Below are positions 50,466 to 63,901 of a stretch of 64,000 bases of DNA, piece after piece. Both the position numbers and the translations under genes were made by a program. Location: assembly GCA_045837725.1 (NCBI GenBank), contig JBEWZL010000289.1, positions 1-64,000 on the forward strand, read 5' to 3'. This DNA comes from Vermamoeba vermiformis. Its lineage: Eukaryota. Under the pieces are notes generated by a model. That model worked only from the letters and a program-made list of their open reading frames with translations, had not been told where the DNA came from and made no database searches. Every line of letters begins with the position of its first letter. The stretch's first letter is position 1.

Positions 50466-53389
50466 TAGGCAGCTTCGGTCCACGTGTACTTGTACTCGTT
50501 GCTATGAGACGTCCAAATATTCAAAGACTTCATTTGCAGACAAAGCATCGGGCAAGAAGTAACGCTCTTGAGTGATTTTCTTTACGTCCTCGCTGTACCG
50601 CACGAACGATGCAAAATCCTCTGGGAATTTCTTCTCGTCCACGCCGACGAACGAACTATTAGGACCCACGCGTTGCAACAATTTCTTCCAATCTTCAATC
50701 GATGCTGTGCCAACTGAATTCGCTCCGTTCGAGAATAACATAACGAACATTTCCGTCATTTTTTGACCTTAAAACGATGTGAGATACGTCGATATTAGTA
50801 CAAAATAGTATTACCATATTTGGAATTCTCGACGTATTTCTTAGTGACTTCGAGGGATTGTTGCAACGGAAAAACCGTCCAAAAAGGAATAGATCCAGTT
50901 CGAAGGGTCCAGTGTGGCTCCATAGTAATGAATGAACTTACTAACATACGTGTAGTAGGCCTATTAAGCTTCTTATACCAATCTACGTGCAGATCTGCCA
51001 CTAGCGCACTGAGATCTTCCGGATCTTGGAACGAAATTTCTTTGACTTTGAATCCTTTGCTTGATGCCAACTTCAACACGTCTTCACGCATACTATCAGC
51101 GAAGCCCCTAATGATAAGCGATTGTTAAGACAGTCGGGTTAGATGAAGCGAATAAGTGGTACCATTCAGCTTCAGGCATTTGAGCGTTAGGTCTAGGTGA
51201 GTTCCAATTCCATCGTGTATGTCTGCTAGTAAATCGACCCTTCAAAAACTTTTCAACACGAGGTCCTCCGTTTAGCTGGAGAAAATATATTAGTCGGATC
51301 TGTAAATTAACTCAAACGCGTGACCGTACAATTTCATCAATCGTAAGACCACCAACAGCACCCGCTTGGAAGTAATGCCTGTCAGCCACTTTAGTCACGG
51401 GCCAGCTTGTTTTGCAGTTGACGATCACAATCGTGCCGTCTTTTGCCAAGTGCTCGCTGATGAACTTCGAATAGGCCTCGCCAAGAGTGAGTTTCTTAAC
51501 TCTGTTGTACAATAATAAGATACTATTGTATAACTCTATTGATAGTATTACCTAAAGTACGCGATGAACTTGGACATTAAGGCGTCTTGATTTGGGTCGA
51601 GCATGTGATGCAGTTGCAGGTCAGGGTTGTTGTCCAATAAATCCTTTGCGAAAGGCTTTCCCCAGTTCATTTCAGCCTGCATATCGTCAGGACCGTCACT
51701 GATAATAGTAAAATATTAATTATAGTTCATTCAAAGTGAGACTAATTGTTGCAATCTTACGCCTGAGCAGGCCTTCGCAAGGGTAATAAAAATGTTTGAG
51801 GCAACCATGGTACTTCCATAGCAGAATAAAGGTGCGTTAGAGCACCATTACTCGAGCCAATAAATATTACTGGGTACTTCTTTTCGATGTAATTCTTCAC
51901 GACTGAGCGACAGATCTCTTCGGACTGAACTCGTTTCAGATCCTCAGGTGAAATTGCATCAATAACTCCCGCAATACTAAATAAGACAATCCATATTAGT
52001 AAGCAAATGATGCAAGGACTACAATCGCATTAAGATGATTGTGAGTGGGATCCAGTATTTACCTGTAGACCTGATCTCGCAATAATGGAGGCAGCAAGTT
52101 AACGGTAGCACCAGCGTAATATCGCAGGTTTGGGACTGCAGAGGGCAAGCCTAACTGCGGGAAATCTCTTCCAAGTAGTTTGCGCGACAAGGCACGGAAC
52201 ATGCCAACTGACGAATCGAACGCAGCCGCCTTAAAAATTAAATAAATACTCGCATTATTTTTTGATATGCGATAGAACCCTTACGAATGGTACTTCTTCG
52301 CTAGTATGAGGCAGTACTACTTGCTCGTATAATACATAGTGTCGTGTCACAGCAGCCAAGCTCTCGAAGCCGGTGTAATTGATCGTGTGTGCCAAATTAG
52401 GCAATACGAGCAATTCTCCTTTCGGCAACAAATTCTTTGCCTCATTACCCCATCTAGTAATAGAATTAGTATTCATTTCAATAGTACTCACGAGGGCAGA
52501 TCTTACTTAAAGGGTGCAATCGGATCCAGCTCACCGAGGACTACTAGTGCTGGGACTTGAATTTTTCGTAGATTTTCGCGTATATCATCTTGCAGTAGTT
52601 TACGTAGAATAGTGAAGAAATGAATAGGACCTGCTCTTAAGTAATCGGCGATAATAATTGGCAACAAGCCCATTGGCTCCTTGGGCGAGTTCTGAATCCA
52701 TCTTAAGCTCTGAGAAATTTATTAAATATTTCATATTAAATACGATTACCCTTAATTTATATGCATACTTGTGCGAAGAAACTTTTTGCCGATGGATCTG
52801 TTGGGCCTTGCAAGATTAGCTTGATTGTTTTCTACAAAAGAATAGTGTAAGTTGAATATGTTATTACTGTATATGACTAGCATTCTATACCTGAGGATAT
52901 CTCGCTGCAAAATTTGCGATGACTTGACATCCAAACGAATTGCCGAGCAAAACAACTTTCTCAACGCGAATTTGTTCTAACCACTCGGCAAGAAAATCCG
53001 CCATTTCTGAACGATTGCGTTATAATATGGCATATTAAAATTGAATAATCGGTGACATACCATCGATGGACAAGGAATGGATATTAAACCAAGATCCGGC
53101 ACTTTTCCCGAAGCCAGGGAAATCGGGAACTAATACTGGAAAATCGACTGAAAGACTCTCCGCGAGTTTTTCCATGTAGGCGCTTGAAACGACTAAGCCA
53201 TGTACTAGTACCACGAAGGGTCGGCCATCAAGATCGCTGTTAAATTACCATTAATACCGGAATAATAGGTGAAAAATCGTCTAAGTATTACCTAATAGGA
53301 TCGATATTATTTTTAATTGCTTGAGCTGCTTCATTAGAGGCTCGAACATGGATCTGGCGATCCGCTATTTTGAACCAAAGGCTTTGCAT
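50466..53389 (-). CDS. Fusion: alpha/beta-hydrolase + uncharacterised bacterial-like domain
   Basis: VVLVHGLVVS, PDFPGFGKS, LLGNSFG nucleophile elbow; in-frame 55-nt intron 52284-52230 joins EEVPF to AAAFDSSVGMFRAL...; second domain has IFIGSSNGAL, LHHMLDPNQD; end at 50502 or 50466 (possible indel). Confidence 0.7.
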
Positions 53390-53749
53390 TGTTTTTTTGG
53401 TCAATGGTGGTGCTTATTTAGTTATTATTTTTTTGAATATTTTGTCTCACGGACGAAGCGTTATATTTAAATTGCAAATCCAGCAATGCCGTAAAAATTG
53501 CAGTAAATACCAAAGAAATTTTAAAAATCAAGTGATGACACACCTCCGTCCGTAATAACTATATTAAGACCGAAAAGATTTGAATTACTTAATTAAAATG
53601 GCGCCAAAAAACAACAGCGTGCGCTTACCTGGATTTCCTCTACCCTCTTGCCAGACCGTCTTCTCTAATTAGTAGCCGCCCATAAAATCTACAAGCAAGT
53701 CAACCAAGGTTGCTGGTGTAAGTTCGATTGCTAAAAAGCTGCTTCGATT

Positions 53750-54833
53750 TTATTGCAGAGAGGGCAACACGTGCATGCCAAAGTCTTCAATAAACTCCGT
53801 CTGATTTCTGCCTACATTATGCACGTATATTTCATCGAAGCCCATTGACTGATACTTCTTCAACAGTGCAACATAATCCGTCAACTTTGTTGAAATGAAG
53901 ACAGCCTTCCTCACGTCTTCTTCGTGAATCAAATCAAACAAGCGCGTCAAATTCTTCAACAGTTTTGATATTTTCGTTCACTAGGCCTGGCACCACATTG
54001 GTTCGCCATTGATCCATTGCGTTCTCGATCGCTTGTTTCTCATCGTGTGCGTACGATACGTGCACTTGTAGTATCATAGGCTTATTGGCTCCACCATTAT
54101 ATTTAAACGCAGCAATAACAGGCTTCAATTGTTCGTCGGGCAAGTTAATCGTTATCATTGCATCTGCGAAGGTTCCAATAAACTTCGCTGTTCGCTCGCT
54201 GAGTGCTGCTCCTACAATACGGATTGGACTTTTTGGTAGCGTATATAACTTTGCTCGATCAATTTTTATATGACCGTCAGCAGAGACCTAGGAATATTGT
54301 TAGATCCGAAACTTTAGGTTATATCTTTGACGGCAATCTTACCTCTTCACCTTTATGCAATAGTCTTATAATATCATAAGCTTCTTTTAACCTCTCGTTG
54401 CGAGTTGTTTTATCAGGCCATTCACCAACAATATGTTCATTAAGTGCTTGACCACTGCCAAGTGCTATCCAAAACCGACCAGGAAACATTTCTGCAAGAG
54501 TCGCGCTTGCTTGTGCAATAATTGCAGGACTATACCTCCATCCTGAAGGACAAGTAACTATGCCAAATGGAAGCTTAGAATTGCTCATGGCCTGTATTAT
54601 ACCGACATTATTAGTATTTTTGTCCCACGACGAGGAAAAAATTGACCAATATTTACCGCGCCTAGCCAAGACCATGTGAAGCCACTTTGACCTTGTTTGG
54701 CGCTCCAGGGCGCGAAGTGGTCTGAGGACATTATTCCATTGAATCCAGCTTGTTCCGCTTTTTGCACAAGTTGCAGTAATTCGCTAGGAGAAAATTGCTC
54801 CTGCGAGGAGTGGTATCCTATTATTTTTTGCAT
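53750..54833 (-). CDS. Luciferase-like monooxygenase (LLM) class flavin-dependent oxidoreductase
   Basis: IGYHSSQEQFSPSELL..AEQAGF..SSDHFAPW..QGQSGFTWSWLGA, LGSGQALNEH; typical of the G6PDH-F420-like/FMN-dependent LLM group; two introns, frameshift near 53940. Confidence 0.85.
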
Positions 54834-55228
54834 ATTATTTAAATGAATAATATTGATTGCGGAAGTCTAATTTAATGTCACGAGCTGGGATGTAACAATA
54901 AATTGCTTAGATTTCACCAAAAATTACAAAAAAGGTTTCGTAGTGGTTGCTTACCGTTCGGGATGTTGGTACCTGGGTGTGGATAGTAATTGGGGACAAT
55001 GATTCCCTAATCAATTCTTTTTTCCTCTTTCTGAATGCCTAGCCTAACAATTGAAGGGCTAGCCATAAGGAATTCCGCCACATGATTGTACTTGCTCGGT
55101 ACCTGTAAGTGTCGTTGTGTCCCAATGAAAACGTGAAATCTTTTGACAGTTTTGAAAAGGTCCAAAATCAAATCGCAATCCATTTTGTTTTGTTTGCAAC
55201 CAGTGCACCACTGATCATCTTATTTAAA

Positions 55229-57137
55229 ATGATTTTATTGGGGTCTGTACTTGTTGCCGTTGTTCTTGGCATTGTCCTTTGGATTCGAGAAAGGTCGTTG
55301 AGAGCTCCGAAGACTAAATTCGAGCTTTCGTTGCCTCCCTATGTTCCAATTAGCGAATTGAAGTCGTCTAATCCGAACGAATCAGCTTTGGAAAAAGCAG
55401 CGGCCAAATACGGAGATGTGTTTGCCGTTCGCGTGCCTCTGTGGACCAGCTTTGTCTTTTTCATCGGTCCCAACGCCTCTAAGATCTACCACTTGATGAA
55501 GGATGAAGATGCTAGCTTGACTGGTGGTTACACTGTAAGCGCCAAACCAATCCCAAAATTCTTCTCCAGATCTTTTCTTTTTCTTTTTATTGGGATTGCA
55601 TAAAAAGACGCTGTAAACTTACATTGGTGGCACTATCCGTTAGATTTAATATTTAAATATTAAAATTTTTTCCTAATCTAGCAACTAAATAATTGTGTTT
55701 AGCTCTTCAACCACATCGGTGCCATTCCCGATGAATACATCAAGAATAGCAGACCAGAGAACGTGCAGCTTTTTACTAAAGCGTTTTCGCAAGAGCGTTA
55801 TCAACACTTTGCCCGCGTGATCCGATCTGTGATCACGAATTATTTTGATACGGAGTGGAATCAGCCCTACCAAGAGGTTGATTTCTTCCCTCACGTTTAC
55901 GACATGACTTTGGATGTCATTATCAAGTAAGTTGCGGATTAGCAAGCTGAATTCATTTAATGAATCAAAAGCGGATTTACCCCGTTTCAAAAGAGACTAA
56001 TTTTAGCGCAGGTCATTCTTAGGAACCGATCTGAACAAGCAAGAATTAGCTGAATTCATTGTCTTAGTCAAGGAGCTTGACATTGAAGAGCGAATTAAAG
56101 GCTTGCAATCCGTCATCCACGCCCAACTTCCTCAAAGCAAGAAACACACTGCCGCTTCATGGGACAAAATTAAGGATATTACCCGTCAAGTTGTTAAGCG
56201 AAGAAGCGAGAAGAATGCCGTCTCGGAGAACTCCGTTGAATTCATCGACTTCTTGATCACTAACTGCACCAACGAAAAAGGTAGCGATATTTCAAAATAA
56301 TGGCTCTGAAGCAATATATTAATGAATGACGCCATAGGTGAGGTTGATTACGGATATCTTGCCTCGCTTGTATTCGGTCTGATCTTCGCTGCCACGAGCA
56401 ACAATTTTGCTACAGCTGCTTGGCTCACTTTCTTCACTTTGTCCAAGCCTGAATTGGTAGGTTACTGAACAGCTGCATAATTTTGATAATATTCCTGCCT
56501 GCGTGATACGCGAGTCACATTTGTTTCTGACCGTTTCCTGTTACAGATGGCACCGCTGTACCAAGAACAAAAAGAATACCTCGAAATGACTAAGGACCCC
56601 AACGCTGACTTGAGCTACGCGTTGATCAACAAGTTCAACTTCACTGACATGGCTGTCAAAGAGACCATCAGATTGTGCGCCAGTGGTTTTGCAATGAGAA
56701 AAGCCGGTCAAGACTTTGTTATTGACAACAGATACGTCATTCCTAAGGGTAAGTCTAGACTAAACTTTTGATTATTACTTGGCCCGTGCAATGCTAACAT
56801 TGGTCTGTAAGGTTGGTACTTGACGTTGCCGCACTCCAGCGTAAATCACAACAGCAAAGTCTTCAACAATCCATTCGAATTCAACCCCAACAGATTGACT
56901 ACTGAGGCTAAGGGAGTCGGTGAGTTGCTTGGATTCGGCGCTGGTCGTCACCCGTGCATTGGTGCCAAATTCGCTAGCATGAACATTAAGACCCTCGTGT
57001 TCAATTTGTTGGCGCAATACGACATTGAAATTCCCGGACCTGTTGAGAACTACATTCCTAAAGAACAGAATATGGGCGTGTTCAGACCTCCTCAACCGGT
57101 CATCTTCAAGATGCGAAGAAAGACATCGCAAAACTAG
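55229..57137 (+). CDS. Cytochrome P450 (CYP51/CYP7-clan-like)
   Basis: Anchor MILLGSVLVAVVLGIVLW; KETIR; FNPNR; FGAGRHPCIG heme motif. Confidence 0.9.
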
Positions 57138-57249
57138 ATCTGGTCAAAATTTAAATTAGTTCACGTTAAAGATAGCTAGCAATAAAGTGACCTTGCTGTA
57201 ATTATCATATTTACATTTTGTTGTATTATTATGTACAGACTTTAAGACC

Positions 57250-59201
57250 CTAGAAAGGTTTGGAGACGTCAGCGGATCTAATGTCACCATCGCCTTGAGG
57301 TACTGAAATACCCGAGGATGAGCCCGAGCCAGTTTCTTCATCGCCGTGTGCAACGTAACTCGCCGCAGCTGATTTGTCGTCTGCGCTTTCTTCCTCTTCT
57401 TCGGCCTCTTCTTCATCTTCGGAGTTGTCCGCATGATGTACGTCATCTTGTGGCTCGCCGTGCTCATTAACTCCGTGATGCTGTAAACTAATCACACGTG
57501 CCACTAGGGTACTTAACATTTCGTGTTTAGCTTTGGCGTCTTTCAATTGTTGTTGCATGTCTTCTAGCATCACCTCTAAGTCCGAACATTGCACCAGCGC
57601 CTCTTTCATCAACTTGGTTTGGTCCTTGAAATCGGAGGTCTTGCCTTTAATGAATTCTTTGATGTTTTTTTGTTGTTTGCGGCTTCTGTATTGCTTAAAG
57701 GCATCGCTAAACTAATGACACGCAGGAACTGTTAGCGACGATTGACACGAAAAATAAATAGTTAAAGCTTACATTTTCGCTGAATACAGAAATAGGGAAA
57801 GCGAATAGCAAGATTCCGGCAACAGCTGCAATACACGCGATTGCTTTTCCTAAAGGGGAAACTAGAGAGCAAAAAGTCAGCGAGATCCATTGCATTGGTC
57901 ATAACTGGAGTTTGCTTACTTGGTACTGCGTCACCATATCCAACGGTCGTGACTGTTACTATAGACCACCAAAAGGTGGCCGCAATAGATTGAAATGGTG
58001 AAGCTCTACGAACCGAAAGTTCAGTTCACTGAAAAGTGTAATAAATTTCGTAAATTAATTACCCGTCGGGTCGGATCCACGTTGAGTTTGAGTTATCAAA
58101 GTATGACATCGTTTGTTCGGCATAAAACATAGCAGTGCTGAAGATTAGCATCAAAATTGCCACGCTACAGTAAAATGATTAATAATTAATTATTAAATAC
58201 TATGGCTAACGAAGGCCTTAATCTGATACTTACATCTCTAATAGTAAAACAAATCCAGGAATCGAGGCACGCAATGCTTGGCCGACAGTTGGTACGCTGA
58301 AATTTTGGATCAGATCCGTCGACGTTGTGAAAACTCGGTCCCGTCTCAATAACGGCCTCTACTTACATATCAGTATACAGTCCTAATTTCAATATTCGAA
58401 GCGCTCTGAACACTCGCAGTACGCCTAATGCCGCAGTTTGACCGGGCGTAACGTAGCCGGTTGTAGAAACAGACACAATGATCATTTCTGCATAAATTAC
58501 TTAAAATGTATCATAGTGATATGATAATAGCTGGGCTTACCGATGATAAAAGGAAATATAGATAAATAATCTATAATTGAGCTGAACGTAACTAGCCAGC
58601 GCCACCAAACTGTTCTTCTCGCAATAAACCGCAGAATAAAATCGATGACGAATATTCCTACGCATACTGCCTCTGTTATAATAAGTCCTATGACAATTTG
58701 GTTCCAGTATTGGGGTTCGGTGTTGAAGATCAGTGTAGCAATTGATCCAAGAATAGCCAAACCATTAATTACACGATATAGAATAGCCCAGCTTTAATAT
58801 TTAAATTTTAGTTAGTCACGAAGCGGAGATCAGATTTTTCATGCGGAAATGTCATCATATATGTGAATTTTACGAATTATTAAAATTCCTCGATTAATAA
58901 ATACTTACAAGCCGTTATCATAATGTAGAAAGTAGTGCAATTTTTGTCGTTTGGACTTTTTTTTGACTGGTTTATGATGCTTTTTTCGTAGTCGATCTCT
59001 GACACGGGCAGTATGCTCGACGTGGATCAGCTCAAATTCACCTTGTCTTTGATTTCCATAATCCAAAGAAGGCCTAATGATGCATCCTTCGCTCACGTTG
59101 AATGGAGACGCTTTGTCCAGGCCGTGGATTTGAGCAGATACTCGCGGAGAATGTGTTTTTGCAGGTCCTCCTTCTTTTTTATTATTATTTGGACTGGTCA
59201 T
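57250..59201 (-). CDS. Voltage-gated potassium channel (Kv-like, 6TM)
   Basis: S4 [16 protein letters not shown]; pore [19 protein letters not shown]6 [16 protein letters not shown]; coiled-coil C-terminus. Confidence 0.9.
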
Positions 59202-59839
59202 TAGTAAATAATAAAAATAAAATTATCAGGTCCTGTGGATCGTCATTCCGTCTCAACAATAATAATAATGACCCGAAGAAAAACCATAGAATATTGATCG
59301 AAATGTCGCGGAGACCAAACCTAATGCCCCGGCTTTCGGTTAATTTTATTTATAAATAATGTAGTCATGCCTTGTACCTATGAAAAGCTCGTCGGAACTG
59401 TGCTCGATTGCTTTCCCGTCGCATCCGGTGGCAATTTGCATGAACGCCAGAAATATTTTGCGTTATCCATAGGATGAGCAATGACTCTATTCAGTTATTG
59501 CTCGCATTTAATAAGTATCTATCTACATGTCGGGGTTCCTTTGGCAAAACGTATGAATTGAATTAAACAAATTCCGACGGAAAATTCATATCCTAAATAC
59601 GTCGTTGAATGTGGCAAGTCAATACTATCTCTGATAATTATCAATGAATTATTTTGAAGCTGTCAAAGTTGTTAATCCGACGTATGGGCCAATCAGCTTT
59701 GGTCAATTTTTTGTCAACAAGGCCAAACAATTTTGTTTTGTGTCAATAAAATTAGCTATCATACGACTAACACCAAGCCTGTCGCCGCAAGAATTTAGCT
59801 GGGCCAGAAAACGCTTCCTTATTAATTACTGTGCTTAAA

Positions 59840-61587
59840 ATGGAACGCAATTATAAAGATCTTGTTGCCAGTGCGAAGAATAAAAAAAAGGACAAGAATT
59901 TCACCGACGCTTTGACAGATCTGCTGGAGGCGAATAGAATTCATCCAAACAACAGTGAAATTCTTACCCTTTTAGGAGAAGTGAAGCGTTTGCTCAACAT
60001 GCCAGAAGAATCTCTGCAATATTTGCTTCGTGCGAACGAGCTGGAGCCGAATAATGCCGATACCTTGCGTTTTCTTGGGGCAACGAAGCGTAAACTCCGT
60101 TATTTTGAGGGAGCCCTTAGAGATCTCAATCAGGCCAACAAACTAAAACGAAATAATGCTTTCATTCTCCGACACAGAGGAGCTGTTCGGCGACTTCTCA
60201 AGGACGATGCGGGAGCTTTGGAAGACTTGATTTCGGCGGATAAGTTGTCACCCAAGAATGCGTTCACACTTCAGCATCTTGGCGCTACTTTAAGATCGCT
60301 TGGCAATCTCAACGATGCTTTGACAGTGCTCGAGGCAGCAGATGAACTGAACCCAAATCAGGCATTTACACTTCGACACTTGGGGTCCACAAAGCGTCTT
60401 CTTGGTCGCTATGCAGACGCTTTAGCAGATCTTACTCGCTCTTATAACCTAGATTCTGAGCATGCGTTCACATTAAAACAGCTCGCTATGACAAAGGCAC
60501 AACTTGGCAATTACGAAGGTGGTTTGCGTGACATTCAGGAAGCTCTAAGAATAGACCCCGAAAATCAAGAGGCTCAAAGCCTGAAACTCGAACTGGAACT
60601 AGCTCACGTACGGAGAGAAGGTACAAGTTGTAAGGCGGAAATCTCTCGTTCTAATTTAGCGCAGGAGTTGTTTATATACCATTTGAGAATCTAACGTTCA
60701 CCCGTACCTTGGGCGAGGGAGGCTTCGGAGTTGTGAGCCTAGCTTCCTGGGGCCCTATTAATGTAGCAGTCAAACAAGTCATCGTCCTCCAGACCTCTTA
60801 CCAATTTGACGCAAGAAGCCAAAACTTTGGTGTAAGTGGGTCAACTTTGACCTTTATTCTAAGTGTTGCTATCAGGCTGCTCCGCTACAAATACATCGTC
60901 GGACTAATGGGCGTTTCGGCCGATCCCACAACAAGTGCGTTGCTCTTAGTCATGGAATACTATAGACACGGCTCTCTGCACAAACTACTCTTTCAGGATA
61001 ACGTTCACTTGTTGAAAGTTGATGTTATTCAGCTTGCATTGGATATTGCGAAAGGGCTCACTTACTTGCATGCCCAAACTCCCAAAGTTATTCATCGCGA
61101 CTTGAAGAGTGAGAACGTACTTGTAAGTATTTCATGTTGCGACCATATCCTCTAACTGTTAACAGCTGTGGGCTGACAGAAAGAGAGCGAAAATTGCCGA
61201 CTTTGGAACAGCGAAGTTTGCTCTTGAAAATAACTACACTGTTGTTGGTACCCCGCTGCTTGCTCTTCCCCCTGAGATGCTTGCTGAAGAGTCTTATAAT
61301 GAAAAAGTTGATATATTTTCGTAAGTGTCTCACATTCAACTTTTCGATTTTACTGATCCTCAAAGGTTTGGCATATTGCTGTACGAAATGTTGACCAACA
61401 AACGGCTCCCTGTGCTAGAAGCTGCTCATCGAGAGCGGCGTATCATAGAAGGTGTTGCTGACATAGAGCTTCGTCAAATTATTCTCGATTGTTGTACGTT
61501 GACCCTACACAGAGACCGTCAGCACACCAACTTGTAGAAAGACTCAAAAGACTCAAGCGCGAAATTTTCAGAACCAGTATTAACTAG
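59840..61587 (+). CDS. TPR-repeat + TKL protein kinase (frameshifts near 60780 and 61500)
   Basis: About 7 34-aa TPRs (NAFTLRHLGATKRLL-like); GEGGFG, VAVK, HRDLKSENVL, ADFG. Confidence 0.82.
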
Positions 61588-61630
61588 TATGTACGCATTA
61601 TTTACATTGCTTTTGAAATAAACGAATGAT

Positions 61631-63901
61631 TCAATCGTGACTTTCCATAGTGTTATCGCCGCGTGGAGCCACGCTGTTAGTACCCGCTACACTCGTGGCA
61701 TTGGTTCTGGAGTTGATTGTCGATAACTGCGCTTTGCTCTTGCCCTTGCTCGATGACACAGAGGTCATGCTGCTGTCCATACGATTTACAACGGTGTCGG
61801 TGAAGAACCACAAGATGACCCACAACGCGACATTTTCTGCGAAACGCAGTCCAAATACCAAGCTAAGATTTACATCTGCGTTAAGTGGCACCGCACTATA
61901 ATTACCAGAAGATTAATTACTGGTTGCGAACAAAAAAATTTCAAGTTGCGTACCTGGATGTGAAGTTGTTTACCACTGCGTACAAACCAAGAACACCAAG
62001 AATGGTCATAACTGCCGCAATCTGTTATAGAGATTGATCGTTAGTATGCACTCGATCATGACTATTCGTCAAATGAAAACACAAACCGAAAAGTAGATCG
62101 TACCTTTTTACGGACAACTTTATCGCGGCTATTTCGCTCAGTTTTGCTTTCCTTCAATCGAGACATCAAATGCAACAAACGTCCTGCTGCGATCTAATTA
62201 CAAATTAAAATTGAATAAAACGTTCAGTGAAGCGGATATTCAAGTACGTACGAGGAAGCCGATGGTAATAATTAACAGAGAAACGCCCACGATAATGTTG
62301 CCAGCGGTGGTAGCACCACTACCAGGTCTTAAACCATCGATCAGTGCGCAGAGCATGAGTGAGAGACCTAGTCCTGCATCCAGACCCAGACAGCACCAGC
62401 GGAGAATACGAGAAGCCCTTTCTTTCTGCTTCCAAATAGATGTCTCCAACCTATGATATTCGTCAGTCGGGTTCAATCGGTAGTCATTTGTAGATTCGTC
62501 GATCCGACTTTGAGGCAAACGTTATCTTACCAAGCAACGACAACGATAGAGAATACTACGACTAACATAGTGTCGCCAGCGAATGAGACTAAAGAGTAGC
62601 CCAAGCCCGTATAAATAACTTGGAAGTTGCGATAATCTACCGCGTACAGGACCAACCGAACTAAATTATAATTTAATTAATAATTCGTGCTAGCAGCGAT
62701 TTACGTATCGTAATATTAATTTTATACGAAGTATATTATAGCTAATAAATTTTATGTACCGTGGATTTAAGATCGGTTGTACTTACGAATCGTCAGGATA
62801 ATGACAGCTAAAATGGTAAGAAATGCCAACAACGTCTTCGAAGTAACTGGATAGTATTTAATGCGAAATGGAAGAAGAACGATGGCCCATAAGAACGAGA
62901 GTCCAGACAGCAAGCAAGTAACAACGAGCTGTCCAGTGTATCTAGTTACGTGCGCATTCCATCCTTTCGTGGCTTTAGAAAATAGGGAGTTAGTACACCT
63001 ACATAATCTAGATGAAAGTTTAACGTTGCAAAAATTAATTAAATTTTCCATTTTCGGACTAATCGTGGATTTTCCTGTGCATTACGTTACTTATTGTCGG
63101 AGGACTGGACGAAAAGATTAAACGTCTCTATTAGTGGCTCGACAAACATACCGTCGTCCGGCGCAGCTAAAACATGAGCAGACATCCGAGCGATCTGAGC
63201 AGATCCTCCGTATTGGTTGAGAATTCCTTCATACGCTTGAATCTCCGTAAATATGAGGCTAGTAGTGCCCTCATAGAAGTATCCTGCTTCCCACTCTTGA
63301 TTCAATTGACTGTCGTTGCGGATTAAGATCACCGCAGCCAGAAGATTGTCTCGTTGAGCTGTAGCAGCCAATTGAAAATATCCGCAACCTCCAATAGTTA
63401 CGCTCCTTTGTGTTGCTCTAGTGACGTAAGTAATGCCGATTTTGCCTTCGGTTTGTTCGCGTGGATTTGCAATGGAGCAGCTGTTTTCAGCAACATCCAA
63501 CTCTGAGGAGAAATTATTCTTAGCATGTCGTATATGATTCTAATAAATATTTTATATTGAGCTATTTCGTAGTTTAATTTAATTTGCGTACAATTTCTTT
63601 TTGGTACACGCGCCACAAGAAATTAATTAATTATTGAAATGTGCACAAGCAGCTTTTAGTACTTACGTATTATGTCTGCAGTGAATTCGTCCTTCGCATT
63701 TGTAATAACTTTCGTGATCCAGCAATACGACGAGGGAAGTTCTATACTTTGGATTGTCGTGCCATTAATGAGCGTTAGATCCAGCAAAACGACATTTTTA
63801 GAGCCTGGAACTACTAAAGTCGTATATACAAAGCTCTGGAAACAAGCTAACCCTATTACAGCCACAAACAAGATCCGTTGCGCTAGACGCATTTGTAGCA
63901 A
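61631..63901 (-). CDS. Multi-pass (about 7 TM) membrane protein with signal peptide and PA-like ectodomain
   Basis: Signal-like ILFVAVIGLACFQSFV; GGCGYFQLAATAQRDNLLAAVILIRND resembles the PA-domain pattern; several hydrophobic segments in downstream exons; Ser-rich tail. Confidence 0.5.

Noticed and set aside
52230-52260. TAATG stop/start overlap suggesting bacterial translational coupling
   Set aside because: That ATG frame stops after five codons; an in-frame intron explains the junction better
2030-61510. Single-base frameshifts in many genes (~2040, ~12030, ~15240, ~17260, ~53940, ~60780, ~61500) read as pseudogenes or programmed frameshifting
   Set aside because: They are scattered over unrelated genes whose motifs are intact on both sides, which fits assembly indels best. 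Raw reads are needed; pseudogenisation of individual ICA-LRR copies cannot be excluded.
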